DNA of 64,000 nucleotides. Source: Felis catus. Lineage: Eukaryota. The notes beneath the pieces were generated by a model. The model made no database searches. It had not been told where the DNA came from and worked only from the letters and a program-made list of their open reading frames with translations. The stretch spans positions 4,588,001-4,652,000 of the forward strand of contig NC_058368.1 in NCBI RefSeq assembly GCF_018350175.1, in the 5' to 3' direction. Both the position numbers and the translations under genes were made by a program. Of this stretch, positions 61,338-64,000 are shown piece after piece (the first letter of the stretch is position 1; every line of letters starts with the position of its first letter).

Positions 61338-62623
61338 AAAGAAGGACTGGTATCTTCAGAGAATTATGCTGAGTGAGAAAAGCAAACCCAAACATACTAT
61401 GTCCCAATTTTATAACATTTTTTAAAGGACAGAATTATATGGGGGATAAATTAGTGGTTGCTGGGGGTAATGGAAGGAGTGGGGACACGAGGGAAGTGGG
61501 TGTGGCCATAGAAGGGCTTGAGGGATCCTTGTGGCGTAAGGAATGTCTCTAGCTTGACTGTACCAATGTCAATATCCTAGCTGTGATGTTGTACGATGAT
61601 ATGTAAATATCACTGCACTACACCATGCATGTGAACCTACAATTATCTCAGGATGGAAAGTGCAATTTAAAAAGTTAATAAACAAGAATTTAAAACTTCA
61701 CGAACACAATTACACGTTGCCTTAGCTCTCAAATCCCCACTCTTCTTCAGCAAACTCCTGCCTCTTCTGTGTCGATGTTCACTTTGAGGAACCTTACTCC
61801 AGCTAATGACAATCATCTATGCGCCTCTGTCTTCCACACAACAGATCACCAGGATTTCGGTCTGCCTTTTTCTTGAATATTCCCAAGTGGATGTTCAGCA
61901 GGCGAGTCTAGGACCAATACCACAGGTGTGTGCGAATTCCGGGACAGACTACCCGGTCATGCACCGCCAAGCAGGTGTGGTGGCCACTTGCCTGTTAGGC
62001 CATCGGTAATGACCAGCCTTCTCTACATCACTTCCTTTGAAACCATTCACCTAACCCTTGTAACATTTCCACTCTTACCTGCATCACGCTGTGGAAGAAG
62101 TAAGAGGCACCGAGGTCACAGGACCACACATCAGACACCTCAGTGAGAGGGCCTTCCCGGCACCGATCCTTCTTGCTCTGTCCTCCGCGTGGACGCGGCA
62201 GATGCCGTCAGATGGCCCTGAGGGTCCTGACATGGGGGTCGGTAACTACTTCACCATCTTCCTTCCACCTCTCGCCAAACGGCAGCACTGAATGCACGAG
62301 GCGGCCAACAGGCAAGGTTTCCCAAGTGCCTTTGCACTCAGGTAGCACAAGAGTCTCCTTTTTGGGAATCTGGAACCGTCCAGATCTCCTAGTGAGCAGT
62401 TAGCGAGTGGGTGGTCCCAACACAAATCTGAATTTCTCGCTCCTCTGAGGAGATAGCTACAGGATTCTCCCAATGAGGAAACAGCTTCCCAACTAAAAAT
62501 TCATGCGAAGTGTGTTCCACAGCTAATTCTTTCTGAATCCAGCAGGGATGAGGTTAGACAAGGAAGAGAAAGATTCATAGCCAGGCACGTGTAATAACTG
62601 GTCACTGCATGATCCAGCTCTGT

Positions 62624-62815
62624 TTTCTTTTTTTAAAGTTTATTTATTTTGAGAGAGAGAGCATGTGCATGCATCCCCGCCGCCTCCACGCGGAGGAGGT
62701 GCAGAGGGAGGGAGAGAGAGAATCCCAAGCAGGCGCTACGCTTAGTGGGGAGCCTGACGACATGAGGGGACATCTACAGCCCCACGCTTACCTGACTGAG
62801 CCCCCCAGGCACCCT
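62624..62815 (-). mobile_element. Diverged CAN-SINE
   Basis: tttatttattttgagagagag..gagagaatcccaagcagg..gactgagccccccaggcaccc. Confidence 0.85.
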
Positions 62816-63734
62816 GGTCCAGGTCTCTTTAAACAATCGCATAAAAAAACACCCTTCTGTTTGGAGAAAACAGTAATAAAGACACACGCTTTCAAGAGTC
62901 TTGTGGGTTTTTTAAATCTTCTCTCACTACCGACTAAAGGGCTCACCGGTTCTTTCCAGGTGACCTGGAAGTACACACAGAAGGTGGCTGTCCCAGTTCA
63001 GTCTGACAAGGGGCCGGGAACCGTCCTGCTGAACCAGGTCCCCTTTCACAAGGATCTTTATCCCGGACTGATCTGCACAGATACCCTCTATCTTCGTCTC
63101 AGAGGAAAAGTGTTCCAAGTGACACAAAGTGTTCTTAAAAATCCGCAGCCCGCACTGTGTAGAGGGTAAGACCTGGCCTCTACAGAGACAACTTTCCAGG
63201 AAAGCCTAGAAAACAGTACCGTCCTGACAGTAGGCCACTTCTGTCTTCCCTTACAGATTCTTCATCCCAGCAGGAAAGAAAAACTAAGAGATTGCTGGTA
63301 TCTGCCCATAAAAACGAAAAAAGGGTATTAAACTCCTATAGCACGGAAACCACAATCATCTCCTTGAACAATTCCCATTCAGTAGTCCAGCATGCACCGA
63401 AATTTAATAAACCGCCCTGCCTTAGAATAATTGTCACATGGGGTTTGATTTAATTAATCTCAGCAGGCTTGGAAACAGCCCCCAGGAAGTCAATGGGATA
63501 AACTCCCTTCAGACGTGCTAGAATGAAAATGTGAATTAGCTAAGCTACCAAGTCAATATTTTAGGTAGTGGTGGGGATTTTAGTTACATGCTTTGACCTA
63601 CCCACCTGACTGTAAGCGCTGACCTTGTAAAGCTAGATCGTTCTTGCTTCTGGGTACCCCTTGACGGTTCTGGGTCAGCACCCATTCAGGGTGAGCACCA
63701 TGGATGAGGGGTCAGATTAGAAATAAAGATTAGG

Positions 63735-63895
63735 AGAGGTGTCTGGGCAGCTCAGTCCGTTGAGCGTCCAAGTCTTGATCTGGGCTCAGGTCATGATCTC
63801 ACAGTTCGCAGGTTTGAGCCCCACGTTGGGCTCTGTGCTAAGCCTGCTTGGGATTCTCTCTCCGCCTCTCTCTCAAAATACATAAACTTAAAAAC
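63735..63895 (+). mobile_element. Diverged CAN-SINE with TSD
   Basis: aaataaagattagga on both sides. Confidence 0.88.
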
Positions 63896-64000
63896 AAATA
63901 AAGATTAGGAAGAGCAGAAAGAGTTCTTGCTTCCTCCTATGAGATTCTGCTATGTTAGAAGGAAGGCAGACAGCATTCTCTGAGCCCTGGGTATTTTTCC

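Larger units (their letters stand above)
58140..61685 (+). mobile_element. Old L1 (L1MC/MD-like), decayed ORF2 plus 3' end
   Basis: ccacctacaacagcagagtatatattc..aaagcagtgctctaagggaaatctatagc..aactacagaccaatatccctcatgaat..tgtttgcagatgac..gagggatccttgtggcg..cttgactgtaccaatgtcaatatcc. Confidence 0.88.
7433..64000 (-). other. SPATA13: Probable long upstream intron of SPATA13 (first exon not identified in the window)
   Basis: Ends at the AG acceptor at 7433; no other coding exon recognised; all L1 fragments are antisense to the gene, as is typical of introns. Confidence 0.6.

Noticed and set aside
62954..62970. Palindrome TTCCAGGT-G-ACCTGGAA
   Set aside because: Short arms and no supporting context; expected by chance.
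62609..63169. 186-aa ORF and a possible + strand exon at about 62960-63165 (ttctttccag|...|gtaaga)
   Set aside because: The N-terminal third is SINE-derived, the rest matches no protein I recognise, and splice-like motifs are common by chance.
1..64000. Recurrent short ORFs such as AQVMIS..VSSSPASGSVLTAQSLEPASDSVSPSLSAPP, resembling a repeated gene family or array
   Set aside because: They are translations of dispersed CAN-SINE copies, not genes and not a CRISPR-like array.

Overview
Mammalian genomic DNA, almost certainly from a felid: it carries about 41 tRNA-derived CAN-SINEs of the SINEC_Fc type and carnivore/felid L1 3' ends. The only convincing protein-coding sequence is one large GC/CpG-rich exon on the minus strand (5690-7432). 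It encodes the N-terminal extension of the long isoform of SPATA13/ASEF2 (a Rac/Cdc42 GEF), recognised from my recollection of the human protein. Everything else appears intronic: 1-5689 is the downstream intron, and 7433-64000 is most likely the long upstream intron, because no first exon could be identified. These introns hold SINEs, a nested L1 complex (45.5-54.5 kb), a second long L1 (58-61.7 kb), an MLT2-like solo LTR, Tigger2-, MER20- and MER102-like DNA transposon remnants, L2/MIR fragments and microsatellites. I found no prokaryote-like or otherwise novel multi-gene system. The best leads are: (1) the codon matching the human start ATG is TTG, and it overlaps the stop of a 31-codon uORF containing four ATGs; (2) the human (QSP)3 repeat has only two units here, resembling a reported human glaucoma-associated deletion; (3) a compact IRF + tandem GAS + kappaB motif cluster at about 10.8 kb; (4) local GC/CpG gain in part of the exon and in an old L1 fragment; (5) SINE-associated deletions. 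Repeat subfamily names and human comparisons come from memory and need RepeatMasker or alignment confirmation. Repeat boundaries are approximate.
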